Part shown: piece by piece, positions 9,847 through 21,658 of the stretch | Layout of the letters: each line of letters starts with the position of its first letter | Position numbering within the stretch: the stretch's first letter is position 1 | NCBI GenBank assembly: GCA_035459025.1 | Contig: DATHYT010000027.1 | Coordinates: forward strand, 294 to 64,293 | Source: Burkholderiales bacterium | GTDB lineage: Bacteria; Pseudomonadota; Gammaproteobacteria; Burkholderiales; SG8-39 | Length of the DNA stretch: 64,000 bases | Direction of reading: 5' to 3' | Program-made: the position numbers and the translations under genes | Notes under the pieces: model-generated | Databases searched by the model: none | Seen by the model: only the letters and a program-made list of their open reading frames with translations | What the model was told of the DNA's origin: nothing

Positions 9847-10419
9847 TCACGGACTGGTCGTTACGCCGCCCGGCTTGAACCCCAGGGCCTTGACGCGCTT
9901 CAGCGCCCTTTCCGCGGCCTCGCGACTGGCGAAGGGACCGGCGCGCACACGCGTCACCCTGCCCTTTTCGGTCGCAACCGGCTCGGTGTAGTAGGGGATC
10001 TTCGCCGCCTTTAGCTTCGCCATGACATCGTCGGGTTCCGCGTACGCCCCGACCTGAAAGAGGTATTGCGCATTGGCGAGCGCCGCTTCGGCGCGCGCGC
10101 GCTCGCTCGCGTCAGGCGCGGGTTTGCTCGGCGGCGGGGGAGCAACCGGCTTGGCTTCGGCCTGCGGCGCCGGCACCTCGGGCTTCGCCGCGACTTGCGG
10201 CGGGAGGTCCTTGGGCGGCGCGGGCTTGGGAACCGCCTTGGGCTTGAACGCCGATTCGTCTTCGTTCGGAATGCGCACGCTCACGGGCGCGGTCTGCCGC
10301 GGCTGCGGATCGAAGATCCAGGGCAGGACGATCACCGCGACGAGCACCAGCGCGATAGCGCCTACCAGCCGCCGCCGGCCGCGGCGCTTCAGGGTCGTGA
10401 CGTCCTGGGGTTCAGCCAT
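9847..10419 (-). CDS. SPOR domain-containing cell-division protein (DedD-like)
   Basis: It has an N-terminal TM anchor, a Pro/Ala-rich linker and a C-terminal SPOR-like fold (YLFQVGAYAEPDD...RVRAGPFASREAAERA). Confidence 0.8.
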   Translation of the reverse strand: MAEPQDVTTLKRRGRRRLVGAIALVLVAVIVLPWIFDPQPRQTAPVSVRIPNEDESAFKPKAVPKPAPPKDLPPQVAAKPEVPAPQAEAKPVAPPPPSKPAPDASERARAEAALANAQYLFQVGAYAEPDDVMAKLKAAKIPYYTEPVATEKGRVTRVRAGPFASREAAERALKRVKALGFKPGGVTTSP

Positions 10420-11698
10420 GGGTGCCGGCGCCGGTTCGGGTGGCCGCGAGGGATTGCATCACTTCGGCGACGGTGAGAAAGGATCCGAAGGCGACGATTT
10501 TATCATTCTCTCCCGCGGCCCCCCGGGCCGCGCCGAGCGCCTCGGCGACACTGGCGTGCTTGAACATCGGCGCGCGGACCCCCGCTGCGGACAGGATCTG
10601 CGCCAGCGCCTCGGCGTCGGTACCGCGCGGCCCGCCAAGCGTGCACAGATGCCAGCGCGTGACGCGCGGCGCCAGCGCCTGCGCAACGCCGGCGATGTCC
10701 TTGTCCCGCAGCATCCCGAACACGGCGAAGGTTTCCGCGGCATAGCCGGCGGCACCGAGATTCTCCGCCAGCGCCTCGGCCGCTGCCGGGTTGTGCGCGA
10801 CATCGAGGATCAGCTGGGGCCTGCCCGGGAGCACCTGGAAGCGCCCGGGCAGCACCACCTCGGCCAGACCGCGGCGCACGTCCTGCATGCTCACGGGCAA
10901 GCGCTCCCGCAGGGTGTCGAGCGCCGCGAGCGCGCCCGCGGCGTTGTGCAGCTGTCGCTGCCCGCGCAGCGCCGGATAGGCAAGCGCGGGGCGCCTCGTC
11001 CCCGGCCCCCAGTAGTCCCACTGCCCGGGATGCACGCGATAGCCGAAGTCCCGCCCCAGGCGTAGCAGCGACGCTCCGACGCGCTCGGCCGCGGCGAGCA
11101 CGCTCGCGGGCGGATCCGCTTCGGCGATGACCGCCGGCCGCCCGGCGCGGAAGATGCCCGCCTTCTCGTGGCCGATGGCCTCGCGCGTGTGGCCCAGGTA
11201 CGCCATGTGGTCGAGACCGACGTTGGTGAGCACTGCGCAATCGGCGTCGAGCACGTTGACCGCGTCGAGGCGTCCGCCCAAGCCCACCTCGAGCACCAGC
11301 ACGTCGGGCGCCTCGCGCGCGAACAGCCAGAATGCCCCCAGCGTGCCGTACTCGAAGTAGGTGAGCGGCACGGCGCCGCGCGCCCGCTCCACGGCGCTGA
11401 AGCCTTCGACGAGCAGCGCGTCGGAGGCCTCCTGCATGCTGATGCGCACGCGCTCGTTGTAGCGCAGTAGGTGCGGCGAGGTGTACAGCCCGACGCGCCG
11501 GCCGGAAGCGTGCAGGACGGCTTCCAGGAATGCGCAGACGGAGCCCTTGCCGTTGGTACCGGCGACCGTCACGACGGGACACGCGATGCGCACATCCATG
11601 CGCCCGAGCACCTCGCGCACGCGATCCAGTCCCAGCGCGATGGCGTCCGGGTGCTGGCGCCCGATGAACTCCAGCCACTCGGCGAGCGAGCGGCTCAC
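10412..11698 (-). CDS. folC: Bifunctional folylpolyglutamate synthase / dihydrofolate synthase
   Basis: This is the C-terminal 428 aa of ORF 10412..12487. The GTG start at 11698 forms a GTGA overlap with the accD stop. Mur-ligase P-loop VAGTNGKGS. Confidence 0.9.
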   Translation of the reverse strand: MSRSLAEWLEFIGRQHPDAIALGLDRVREVLGRMDVRIACPVVTVAGTNGKGSVCAFLEAVLHASGRRVGLYTSPHLLRYNERVRISMQEASDALLVEGFSAVERARGAVPLTYFEYGTLGAFWLFAREAPDVLVLEVGLGGRLDAVNVLDADCAVLTNVGLDHMAYLGHTREAIGHEKAGIFRAGRPAVIAEADPPASVLAAAERVGASLLRLGRDFGYRVHPGQWDYWGPGTRRPALAYPALRGQRQLHNAAGALAALDTLRERLPVSMQDVRRGLAEVVLPGRFQVLPGRPQLILDVAHNPAAAEALAENLGAAGYAAETFAVFGMLRDKDIAGVAQALAPRVTRWHLCTLGGPRGTDAEALAQILSAAGVRAPMFKHASVAEALGAARGAAGENDKIVAFGSFLTVAEVMQSLAATRTGAGTHG

Positions 11699-12564
11699 GA
11701 AGGCGGGTCGACGGCGATTCCCTGTAGCAGCGCGAGCAGCGTGGCGAGCTTGTCCCGCAGCTGGCGGCGGTCGACGATCATGTCGACCGCGCCTTTTTCG
11801 AGCAGGAACTCCGCCCGCTGGAAGCCTTCCGGGAGCTTCTGGCGCACGGTCTGCTCGATGACGCGCGGCCCCGCGAAGCCGACCAGGGACTTGGGCTCGG
11901 CGATCACCACGTCGCCGATCATGGCGTAGCTCGCCGACACACCGCCCGTGGTGGGGTCGGTGAGCACCGTCACGAACGGCAGGCGACGCTCGGCGAGATC
12001 GGTGAGCGCCGCGGTGGTCTTCGCCATCTGCATGAGCGAGAGCAAGCCCTCCTGCATGCGCGCCCCGCCGCTCGCGGTGATGACGACGAACGGCAGCTTC
12101 TGCTCGATCGCCACGCGCACGCCGCGTACGAAACGCTCGCCGAGCACCGAGCCCATGGTGCCGGCCATGAACTCGAACTCGTGCGCCGCCACCACCACGC
12201 CGAGCGACCTGATCGCGCCCTGCATCACCACCAGTGCCTCGGACTCGCCCGACTCGGCCTCCGCCTCCAGCAGCCGCTCGGTGTATTTGCGCGAATCGCG
12301 GAACTTCAGGCTGTCCACCGGCAGCACCTCGGCGCCGATCTCGAAACGCCCGTCGGCGTCGAGCAGCGCGTCGAGCCGCGCGCGCGCGCCGATTCTCTGG
12401 TGAAAGCCGCACTTGGGGCATACATTGAGGTTCTTCTCCAGGTCGGTGCTGTAGAGCACCGCATCGCAGGCCGGGCACTTGGTCCACAGGCCTTCGGGCA
12501 CGGCGCGCTTCGGCCCCGAAGAGCGCTGGATCTTCGGCGGCAGGAGCTTTTGCAGCCAGCTCAT
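11695..12564 (-). CDS. accD: Acetyl-CoA carboxylase carboxyltransferase subunit beta
   Basis: Internal ATG (aa 136) of ORF 11695..12969, giving [12 protein letters not shown]. Zn-ribbon CPACDAVLY...CPKCGFH. ATGA overlap with the trpA stop. Confidence 0.95.
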   Translation of the reverse strand: MSWLQKLLPPKIQRSSGPKRAVPEGLWTKCPACDAVLYSTDLEKNLNVCPKCGFHQRIGARARLDALLDADGRFEIGAEVLPVDSLKFRDSRKYTERLLEAEAESGESEALVVMQGAIRSLGVVVAAHEFEFMAGTMGSVLGERFVRGVRVAIEQKLPFVVITASGGARMQEGLLSLMQMAKTTAALTDLAERRLPFVTVLTDPTTGGVSASYAMIGDVVIAEPKSLVGFAGPRVIEQTVRQKLPEGFQRAEFLLEKGAVDMIVDRRQLRDKLATLLALLQGIAVDPPS

Positions 12565-13373
12565 TGCACGACTACCTGCGCGTCGAGCGCTTCGCGGATC
12601 GGCTTGAGCAGCGATCTTACGCGGGCGACGGCCTGCTCCGGCCCGGCCGCCTCGATCTCCTGGATGATGCGGCTGCCGATGATCACCGCGTCCGCGACTA
12701 GCGCCACGCGCTGCGCGGAGGCGGCGTCGCGGATGCCGAAGCCGACGCCGATCGGCAGGCGCGTCGCCGCCCGGATCTTCGGAATGCGAACGGCCACGTC
12801 GTCCAGATCCAGGTGCCCCGCGCCGGTCACGCCGCGCAGCGATACGTAATACAGGTAACCGCTGCCGACCCGCGCCACCGCTTCGATGCGTTTCTGGGTG
12901 GAGGTCGGCGCCAGCAGGAAGATCGGATCGATGCCGCTCGCCCTGGCGAGCGTCGCAAACTGCGTGCACTCCTCAGGCGGGTAGTCGACGACGATGACGC
13001 CGTCCACGCCCGCCTGCTTCGCGGACTCGACGAAGCGATCCACGCCCATCGCCTCGATCGGGTTGGCGTAGCCCATCAGCACCACCGGCGTCGTCGCATC
13101 CTTGCGGCGGAAATCGCGCACCATGCCGAGTACGTCGCCGAGACCCACGCCGTGGCGCAGCGCCCGCTCGCTGGAACGCTGGTTCACCGGGCCGTCGGCC
13201 ATCGGATCGCTGAACGGCACGCCCAGCTCGAGGATATCGGCGCCCGCTTCGACCAGCGCCGCCATCAGCGGCACGGTCAGCGCCGGTGACGGATCGCCCG
13301 CAGTGATGTACGGAATGAGCGCCTTGCGCCCCCCCTGCTGCAGGGCATCGAAGCGGGCCTGGATGCGCGACAC
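12561..13373 (-). CDS. trpA: Tryptophan synthase alpha chain
   Basis: This is the C-terminal 270 aa of ORF 12561..14174. The GTG start at 13373 lies 2 nt after the trpB stop. N-terminus [28 protein letters not shown]; also [14 protein letters not shown]. Confidence 0.93.
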   Translation of the reverse strand: MSRIQARFDALQQGGRKALIPYITAGDPSPALTVPLMAALVEAGADILELGVPFSDPMADGPVNQRSSERALRHGVGLGDVLGMVRDFRRKDATTPVVLMGYANPIEAMGVDRFVESAKQAGVDGVIVVDYPPEECTQFATLARASGIDPIFLLAPTSTQKRIEAVARVGSGYLYYVSLRGVTGAGHLDLDDVAVRIPKIRAATRLPIGVGFGIRDAASAQRVALVADAVIIGSRIIQEIEAAGPEQAVARVRSLLKPIREALDAQVVVQ

Positions 13374-13375
13374 GG

Positions 13376-14561
<1,186 letters not shown>

Positions 14562-14575
<14 letters not shown>

Positions 14576-15182
14576 TCCTGACCTCCGCGATGAGCGCCGC
14601 GATCTTCGCGGCGTCCTTGATGCCCTTGGCCGTTTCGACGCCGCTGGACACGTCCACCGCCCAGGGCCGCACGCGCCGCACGGCCGCCGCGACGTTGTCG
14701 CGCGTCAGACCGCCCGAGAGCACCAGCGGCCGCGCCAGCTTGGCGGGCACGAGCGACCAGTCGAAGCTCGCGCCGACGCCGCCGTATTCCTCGACGTGCG
14801 CGTCGAGCAGCCAGCCGCGCGCCGCGGAAAACGGGCGCAGGTATTCTAGCAAATCGACCCCCGGCGACACGCGGCACGCCTTGATGTACGGCAGCCCGAA
14901 CTGGCCGCAGAAATCGGGCGTTTCCTCGCCGTGGAATTGCAGCATCGCGGGGTGCACCCGGCCGATCACCTGCGCGACCTGCGCCGCGTCGGCGTTGACG
15001 AAGAGCGCAACAGCCTGCACGAACGGCGGCAGCGCATCGCGGATCTCCCGCGCGCGCTCCACGCTCAGGAATCTGGGGCTCGGGGGATAGAACACCAGGC
15101 CGATCGCATCGGCGCCCGCGGCGGCCGCGTCCGAAGCGTCCTGGGGTCGCGTGATCCCGCAGATTTTGATGCGCGTCCTCAC
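14562..15182 (-). CDS. trpF: Phosphoribosylanthranilate isomerase
   Basis: N-terminus (V)[15 protein letters not shown]. It overlaps the trpB start by 14 nt and forms a GTGA overlap with the truA stop. Confidence 0.9.
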
Positions 15183-15970
15183 GGCAGGGCCGGGATCCCC
15201 TGTCCGTCGCGCGAGCGCGCCGGCAAGCCCCAGCGTTCGGCGTACTCCACACGCTCAAGGTACAGGCCCTCGGCGGCGAAAGTCGGCGCCGCGCGGGCGC
15301 GGTCCCGCGACGCCAGCACCTCGCCCACCCAGGCCGGCGCGTGCCGGCCGTTGCCGACGTAGATCAGCGTTCCGACGATGTTGCGCACCATATGATGCAG
15401 GTAGGCGTTCGCACGCAGGAGAAAATCGATGCGTTCGCCGCGCGCCTCAACCTCGAGCGCATGCAAGGTGCGCACTGGCGACTTGGCCTGGCACTCGGCC
15501 GAGCGAAACGCCGAAAAGTCGTGCTCGCCGACCAGCTGGCGCGCGGCGGCGCGCATCGCGTCGATATTCAGCGTGGTGTGGTACCACCCGGCGTGGCGCG
15601 CGGCGAGCGCCGGGCGCACCGGCCGGTTGAGCAGCACGTAGCGATAAGTGCGGGCGCGCGCAGCGTAACGCGCGTGGAACTCGTCGGCCACGCGTATCGC
15701 CCACAATACCGCGACGGAGTCGGGCAGCAGCGCGTTAACGCCGCGCACCCACGCGCTATCCGGACGTTCCGCCTCGGTATCGAAATGCACCACCTGGCCG
15801 CGGGCGTGCACGCCGCGATCGGTGCGGCCGGCGCAGGTGACTTGCACGGGGGCGCCGGCGATGCCCGAGAGCGCGGCCTGCAGCGTGTCCTGCACCGTGC
15901 CGCCGCCGGGCTGCGTCTGCCAGCCGAGGAAGCGGCTACCGTCGTATTCCAGTGCGAGCGCGATTCTCAT
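15179..15970 (-). CDS. truA: tRNA pseudouridine(38-40) synthase
   Basis: Internal ATG (aa 66) of ORF 15179..16165, giving MRIALALEYDGSRFLGWQTQ. Catalytic Asp motif AGRTDRGVHA. Confidence 0.93.
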   Translation of the reverse strand: MRIALALEYDGSRFLGWQTQPGGGTVQDTLQAALSGIAGAPVQVTCAGRTDRGVHARGQVVHFDTEAERPDSAWVRGVNALLPDSVAVLWAIRVADEFHARYAARARTYRYVLLNRPVRPALAARHAGWYHTTLNIDAMRAAARQLVGEHDFSAFRSAECQAKSPVRTLHALEVEARGERIDFLLRANAYLHHMVRNIVGTLIYVGNGRHAPAWVGEVLASRDRARAAPTFAAEGLYLERVEYAERWGLPARSRDGQGIPALP

Positions 15971-16011
15971 GCGCGGGAGAATGAACCCGGCGCCTCGCGC
16001 GCCGTCGTGCG

Positions 16012-18744
16012 TCAGCCCAGCTTGGCCAGCAGCTGGTTGGCCTGCCCCTGCTGCGCCGCGTCGCCTTCGCGCAGCACCTCGTTGAGCAGCTCGCGCGCGC
16101 CGTCCTTGTCGCCCATTTCTTCGTAGGCCTTGGCCAGGTCGAGCTTGGTGGCGACTTCCTGCCACTTGGGATCCGCCTGCGCGTCGCCTGCGGGTGCAGC
16201 CGCCTCGCCCGGTGTGCCGAGATCCAGGCTGATCGCGGACAGGTCCAAGGGGGCCGAGGCCTCTTTGGTTTCGCCTCCGCCACTGCCCAGGTTCAGGTCG
16301 AAGTCCAAGCCACCGCCGGAGCCCGAAGGCGCAGCTGGCGTGGCTGTCGGCTCGGGCGCAGCAGGCGCTGTGCCAGGAAACTCGAAGTTTAGGCCGCCGC
16401 CGGTGTCGGCCGGCTTCTCGCCGCCGCCGCCCAAGTCGAAGTCGAGCCCGGCCGAGGCCGCCTTGGATTCCTGCGAATCGAGGACCAGCGTGCCGCTAGG
16501 CGCAAAATCTGTCTGCTCGGGCGCCGCCGACGGGCCGCCGAGATCGAGGTCGAGCGCAGGCGTAGGCTCCGGCACGGGCTGCGAGCCCGTGCCGCCGCCG
16601 ATGTCGAAGTCCACGGACGGCGTCGCGGCCATTGCCGGTGCCGTCGCCGCAAAGGCCGCCGCGGCCGCCGGCGCGGCGCCACCGCCGTACAGGCCGTTGC
16701 CCGGATCGACGTTACGACCCAGCGACGCCGCCTTGTCCCAATCGGGTCCCGCGCCGTTCGTAGCGCCTTTCAGCTTGACGGCGATCTGCTCGAAAGAGTG
16801 CGCATCGCGACGGTTGGCGTAGATCTCTAGCAGCTTGGCCATTACCGGCACCCGGTTCGGATCCTTTTGCAGCGCTTCCTTCAGGATCTCCTCGGCCTGA
16901 GCGTCGCGCCCGTAGGCCATGTAGACGTCGGCCTCGGCGATCGGATCGACGTCGTCAGTCGCCATGCCGGCCGGCGCCTGGCTGGCCGAGGACGGCTGCA
17001 CGCTCGCCGCCGCCGCCGCCGGGGCAGCGGCGCCCGCATCAATCTTGCCTACCGTCGGCTCGATCGAGCCGACGCTGAGGACGCTATCCTGGAATTTGCT
17101 AGCGGATTTCTTTTTACGTTGCCAGGCGTAGGCGCCATAGCCCGCGAGCAGCAGCACGACGCCGCCCAAGCCGCCTAGGGCCACGGGGTTGCCGAGGAAC
17201 TCGTCGAGCAGGCTCGGCTCGGGAAGCGGCGGCGGCGCCATCGGCCGCGGCTTAGGCTTGGCGGCAACCGGTGCAGGCGGCGGCGCCGGTTTCGGTGCCT
17301 CGGCTACCGGCTTGGGTGCCTCGGGCGCGGCAGGTTTGGGGGTCTCGGCGACTACGGGTGCGGGGCTTGGAGCGGCAGGCTTAGGCTCCGGCGCGGTTGC
17401 CGCCTGCGGCGCCGGCGCTGGCTTTGGCGGTTCGGGCGCCTTGGAGACCGGCGACGGCGCGGGCTTCGGTGCCGCCGCGTCCTGCAACTGCTTGAGCTGC
17501 TGGTTGCGGATCTCGAGCAGCTTTCGAAGGTCGCTGACATTGCGTTCCAGCTCGCCGACCCGAGACTGCGCCTCCTGCAGCGCACGCTCGCGCGCCGCGA
17601 GATCGTCTTCGCGCGCGGCCTTGGCGGCCGGCGCGCCCGGCTTGTTCGGATCCGCTTTGGACAGCTTCAGCTGGTCCTTGGGCGGCGCGGGCTTGGGGGC
17701 CTCGGTTTGCGGCGTAATCTCGCCGGTGGCGCTGCGCTCGGCGGCTTGCGGCGCGGCCGGCGCGGCGGCGACTGTGATGCCCAAGCGGCTGCGGTACTCG
17801 GCAAAGTCGGCGTGCTGCGCGATCACCAGGCGATTGGCGTCCTGAACGTCGACGGCCGCGGCCGCCTCCGCATCGGGAATGTTGAGAATGCGCCCGGCGC
17901 GCACGAGGTTGATGTTGTTGTTGATGAACGCATCCTCGTTTGCGCGTTGCAGCGCGATCAGCATCTGGTGAAACGTGACGCCTTGCGGCCGATACTGCAG
18001 CGCGATCTCGCCCAGTGTGTCGCCCTTCTTCACTTCATAGGTCTGCTCGCCTGGCGCGGCCCGCGCCGCGACAGGCGCTGCGAGCGCGGGCGCGGGCGAC
18101 GGTGCTGGCGCGGGCTTCGGCTCCTCGGCCGGCGCCGGCTGCGGCTCGGCAGCCGGTGCAGACTGCGGCTCGGCAGCGGGTGCGGCGGCCGTCGGCGTTC
18201 CGGCGGCGCTCGGTTCGGGCTTGGGCGCCGTGAGCACGCCAGGCGGCGGCGTTGTCGGCGCCGGAGGCGCCGCGGGCGATGCCGACGGCGTCGACACCGG
18301 AGCGGCGGCCATCGGTGCCGCCTTCGGTCCCTCGTACCCGGGCGGATCGAGGAGCACGGTGTACTCGCGCACGAACAACCCGGTCGACCAGCGCAGCTCC
18401 ACCAGCAGATCGACGAACGGCTCGTTCACCGGCTGGCGCGTATTGACGAGGATGACCGCGCGGCCGTCGCTGCGCTTGTCGATCGCGAACTGGATTCCGC
18501 TCAGCGCGGGATTGAACTCGATGCCGGCCTGCGCGAACGCGTTGCCCGAAGCCAGACGCGCCTCGAGCGAGGATTCCTCACCCGGCTGCACCGCGACGAT
18601 CTCGATCTCGGCGCGCAGCGGCTGCCCCAGAAAGGACTTCACGCTCAACCGGCCGAGACCCGCCGCCTGCGCAAGCAGAGGCAGCAACAACATCGCTGCC
18701 AAGGCGAGTCGTAGCAACGCGACCGGTTTATGCACCCGCACCAC
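16012..18744 (-). CDS. fimV: FimV-family type IV pilus assembly / peptidoglycan-binding protein
   Basis: The N-terminus is FimV-like (GLGRLSVKSFLGQPLRAEIEI...VREYTVLLDPP). It has a LysM segment (YEVKKGDTLGEIAL), a single TM segment and repeated acidic LDFDLGG-type motifs. The C-terminal box is KLDLAKAYEEMGDKDGARELLNEVL. Confidence 0.85.
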   Translation of the reverse strand: MVRVHKPVALLRLALAAMLLLPLLAQAAGLGRLSVKSFLGQPLRAEIEIVAVQPGEESSLEARLASGNAFAQAGIEFNPALSGIQFAIDKRSDGRAVILVNTRQPVNEPFVDLLVELRWSTGLFVREYTVLLDPPGYEGPKAAPMAAAPVSTPSASPAAPPAPTTPPPGVLTAPKPEPSAAGTPTAAAPAAEPQSAPAAEPQPAPAEEPKPAPAPSPAPALAAPVAARAAPGEQTYEVKKGDTLGEIALQYRPQGVTFHQMLIALQRANEDAFINNNINLVRAGRILNIPDAEAAAAVDVQDANRLVIAQHADFAEYRSRLGITVAAAPAAPQAAERSATGEITPQTEAPKPAPPKDQLKLSKADPNKPGAPAAKAAREDDLAARERALQEAQSRVGELERNVSDLRKLLEIRNQQLKQLQDAAAPKPAPSPVSKAPEPPKPAPAPQAATAPEPKPAAPSPAPVVAETPKPAAPEAPKPVAEAPKPAPPPAPVAAKPKPRPMAPPPLPEPSLLDEFLGNPVALGGLGGVVLLLAGYGAYAWQRKKKSASKFQDSVLSVGSIEPTVGKIDAGAAAPAAAAASVQPSSASQAPAGMATDDVDPIAEADVYMAYGRDAQAEEILKEALQKDPNRVPVMAKLLEIYANRRDAHSFEQIAVKLKGATNGAGPDWDKAASLGRNVDPGNGLYGGGAAPAAAAAFAATAPAMAATPSVDFDIGGGTGSQPVPEPTPALDLDLGGPSAAPEQTDFAPSGTLVLDSQESKAASAGLDFDLGGGGEKPADTGGGLNFEFPGTAPAAPEPTATPAAPSGSGGGLDFDLNLGSGGGETKEASAPLDLSAISLDLGTPGEAAAPAGDAQADPKWQEVATKLDLAKAYEEMGDKDGARELLNEVLREGDAAQQGQANQLLAKLG

Positions 18745-18813
18745 CCTGAGTCTTTCTTATAGGATTTCGTACCATAACATCATGGCGTTAGGCCTGCAAG
18801 CTGAGACATTTTC

Positions 18814-19938
18814 TTAAGGCCGGACGCCCGAATCCAGGAGGATCCGGAGCATCCGGCGGAGCGGCTCCGCGGCGCCCCAAAGCAATTGGTCGCCGACCGT
18901 GAACGCCGCCAGATAGTCGCCGCCCATAGGCAGTTTGCGCAGGCGGCCGACCGGAATCGCGAGCTTGCCGGTCACTGCGGCAGGCGTCAGTTCGGCCAGC
19001 GTCTCTTCCCTGCGGTTGGGGACCACGCGCACCCATTCGTTGCCCTCCGCCACGATACCCTGCACTTCGTCGAGCGGCACGTCCTTTTTGAGCTTGATGG
19101 TGAGCGCCTGGCTGTGGCAGCGCATTGCGCCCACGCGCACGCAGATGCCATCCACCGGGATCGGCCGCTCGCTGCGCCCGAGGATTTTGTTCGCCTCCGC
19201 CTGGGCCTTCCACTCCTCGCGGCTCTGGCCGTTGCCGAGGTCCTTGTCGATCCAGGCGAGTAGGCTCCCGGCCAGCGGATACCCGAAGTGCTCCTTGGGC
19301 ATCGCGCCATTGCGCAGCGCGTCGGAAACACGCCGCTCGATGTCGAGTGCCGTGGCGCCGGGATCGGCCAGCGCGGGCTTGGCGACGTCTCCGACGTGCG
19401 CCATTTGCTCGGCCAGCTCGCGCATGTTCGCGGCCCCGGCGCCCGACGCGGCCTGATAGGTCATGCTGGTCACCCACTCGACGAGGTCGCGCCGGAACAG
19501 CCCGGCCATGCCCATCATCATCAGGCTCACGGTGCAGTTGCCGCCGATGAAATCGCGCTTGCCATCGGCGAGCGCGCGCTCGATCACCGGCATGTTCACG
19601 GGATCGAGGATGATCGTCGCGTCGCCCTTCATGCGCAGCGCGCTCGCCGCGTCGATCCAGTAGCCCTTCCAGCCGGCCGAGCGCAACTGCGGGTAGACCT
19701 CGTTCGTGTAATCGCCCCCCTGGCAGGCGATGATCACCGGCAGGCTTTTCAGCGCGGCAATGTCGGTCGCGCTCTGCACCGGCCCGGTGTCCTTGCCGAT
19801 CGACGGGCCCTTCCCGCCCGCCTGCGAGGTGGAGAAGAACACCGGCTCGATGAGGTCGAAGTCGCGCTCCTCGCGCATGCGCTGCACGAGCACCGACCCG
19901 ACCATGCCCCGCCACCCGACGATTCCGACCCTCGGCAT
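18814..19938 (-). CDS. asd: Aspartate-semialdehyde dehydrogenase
   Basis: N-terminus [17 protein letters not shown]. Active-site Cys region [11 protein letters not shown]. Confidence 0.95.
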   Translation of the reverse strand: MPRVGIVGWRGMVGSVLVQRMREERDFDLIEPVFFSTSQAGGKGPSIGKDTGPVQSATDIAALKSLPVIIACQGGDYTNEVYPQLRSAGWKGYWIDAASALRMKGDATIILDPVNMPVIERALADGKRDFIGGNCTVSLMMMGMAGLFRRDLVEWVTSMTYQAASGAGAANMRELAEQMAHVGDVAKPALADPGATALDIERRVSDALRNGAMPKEHFGYPLAGSLLAWIDKDLGNGQSREEWKAQAEANKILGRSERPIPVDGICVRVGAMRCHSQALTIKLKKDVPLDEVQGIVAEGNEWVRVVPNRREETLAELTPAAVTGKLAIPVGRLRKLPMGGDYLAAFTVGDQLLWGAAEPLRRMLRILLDSGVRP

Positions 19939-19950
19939 TGCCCTTACCCC

Positions 19951-21006
19951 CTACAGCGCCGCCACCACGGCGTCGCCCATTTCCTGCGTGCCGACCTTGC
20001 GGCAGCCGTCAGTATAGATGTCCGCGGTGCGCAGGCCCTGCCCCAGCACCTTGCGCACCGCCGCCTCGATCCGGTCGGCGTCCGCCGCACGGCCGAGCGA
20101 GTAGCGCAGCATCATCGCCGCTGACAGCATCGTCGCCAAGGGGTTGGCGAGCCCCTTGCCGGCGATATCCGGCGCCGAGCCGTGGATCGGCTCGTAGAGC
20201 CCCTTGCCTTTCTCGTCCAGGGAAGCCGAGGGCAGCATGCCGATCGAGCCGGTGAGCATGGAGGCTTCGTCCGACAGGATGTCGCCGAACATGTTGCCGG
20301 TCACGATGACGTCGAACTGCTTGGGCGCGCGCACGAGCTGCATGGCGCAGTTATCGACGTACATGTGGCTGAGCTGAACGTCCGGGTACTCCTTGCCGAG
20401 CTCGCTTACCACCTGCTTCCACAGCTCGGTGGTCTCGAGCACGTTCGCCTTGTCCACCGAGCACAGGCGCTTGCTGCGCCGGCGCGCCGCCTCGAAGGCA
20501 ACGCGCGCGATGCGGCGAATCTCGCTTTCGCGGTAGCGCATGGTGTTGACACCCTCGCGCTCGCCGCCGGCGAGCGTGGTGATGCCGCGCGGCTCGCCGA
20601 AGTAGATGTCGCCCGTCAGCTCGCGCACGATGAGCACATCGAGCCCGGCCACCAGCTCGGGCTTGAGCGAGGAGGCCTGCGCCAGTTCCGGAAACACCTG
20701 CGCCGGGCGCAGGTTGGCGAACAGGCCGAGCTCCTTGCGCAGCCGCAGCAGGCCACGCTCGGGCCGCTTGTCGCGCGGCAGCGTGTCGTACTGCGGCCCG
20801 CCGATGGCGCCGAACAGGATCGCGTCCGCTTTGCGCGCGAGCTCGAGCGTCGCCTCGGGCAACGGGTCGCCCGCCGCCTCGTAGCCCGCGCCGCCCACCG
20901 GGGCCTCGTCGAGCTCCAAGGGAAGCTCCAGGCGACGCAGCACCCGCACCGCCTGGGCGACGATCTCCTTGCCGATCCCGTCCCCGGGCAGTACCGCGAT
21001 CCTCAT
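19951..21006 (-). CDS. leuB: 3-isopropylmalate dehydrogenase
   Basis: [15 protein letters not shown] from the second ATG of ORF 19951..21021. It sits in the leuC-leuD-leuB order. Confidence 0.95.
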   Translation of the reverse strand: MRIAVLPGDGIGKEIVAQAVRVLRRLELPLELDEAPVGGAGYEAAGDPLPEATLELARKADAILFGAIGGPQYDTLPRDKRPERGLLRLRKELGLFANLRPAQVFPELAQASSLKPELVAGLDVLIVRELTGDIYFGEPRGITTLAGGEREGVNTMRYRESEIRRIARVAFEAARRRSKRLCSVDKANVLETTELWKQVVSELGKEYPDVQLSHMYVDNCAMQLVRAPKQFDVIVTGNMFGDILSDEASMLTGSIGMLPSASLDEKGKGLYEPIHGSAPDIAGKGLANPLATMLSAAMMLRYSLGRAADADRIEAAVRKVLGQGLRTADIYTDGCRKVGTQEMGDAVVAAL

Positions 21007-21010
21007 CGCG

Positions 21011-21652
21011 TCACCGGGCAAGCCAGGGATGCTGCGCGAGATGCTTGGCTTCGAAGGTTCGGATCTTGTCGGCGTGGCGCAGCGTGAGGCCGATCTCGTC
21101 GAGGCCGTTCAGCAGGCAGTACTTGCGAAACGCATCCACCTCGAAGCGCATCACCTGCGAGCGATCCGCCGTGGACACCGTCTGTGCGTCGAGGTCCACC
21201 GTAAGGCGGAAACCCGGAAACGACGCGCACTCGTAGAACAGCCGATCGACCTCGGCCTCCTGCAGCACGACCGGCAGCAGGCCGTTCTTGAAGCTGTTGT
21301 TGTAGAAGATGTCGCCGAACGAGGGCGCGATCACGCAGCGAAAGCCGTAGTCGAGCAGCGCCCAGGGCGCGTGCTCGCGCGAGCTGCCGCAGCCGAAGTT
21401 CTTGCGCGCCATGAGAATCGTCGCCTCCTGATAGCGCGGGTCGTTCAGCACGAAGTTCGGGTTGCGCGGGCGCCCGGCGTGGTCCATGCCGGGCTCGCCG
21501 TGGTCCATGTAGCGCCACGCGTCGAACAGGTTCGGCCCGTAGCCGGTCTTCTTGATCGACTTCAGGAACTGCTTGGGGATGATCTGGTCGGTGTCGACGT
21601 TGCCGCGGTCGAGCGGCACCACGATCCCGGTGTGCACGGTGAATCTATCCAT
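21011..21652 (-). CDS. leuD: 3-isopropylmalate dehydratase small subunit
   Basis: 213 aa. Contains [12 protein letters not shown] and [13 protein letters not shown]. Confidence 0.95.
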   Translation of the reverse strand: MDRFTVHTGIVVPLDRGNVDTDQIIPKQFLKSIKKTGYGPNLFDAWRYMDHGEPGMDHAGRPRNPNFVLNDPRYQEATILMARKNFGCGSSREHAPWALLDYGFRCVIAPSFGDIFYNNSFKNGLLPVVLQEAEVDRLFYECASFPGFRLTVDLDAQTVSTADRSQVMRFEVDAFRKYCLLNGLDEIGLTLRHADKIRTFEAKHLAQHPWLAR

Positions 21653-21658
21653 AAGGCC

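Noticed and set aside
10412-12487. 691-aa ORF that looks like a fusion; the same issue affects 12561..14174, 11695..12969, 29499..31202, 43840..45747 and 57117..60200
   Set aside because: The upstream parts are out-of-frame read-throughs of the neighbouring gene. The real proteins (folC, trpA, accD, bamB, the IlvD-like dehydratase and the M1 peptidase) begin at internal ATG/GTG codons placed at ATGA/GTGA junctions with the preceding stop.
16012-18744. Highly repetitive Ala/Pro/Glu-rich 910-aa protein, considered as a novel repeat protein
   Set aside because: The N-terminal domain, the LysM segment, the single TM segment, the acidic LDFDLGG repeats and the C-terminal KLDLAKAYEEMGD box match the known FimV architecture as I know it. 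The gene also sits in the position I recall as conserved, between asd and truA.
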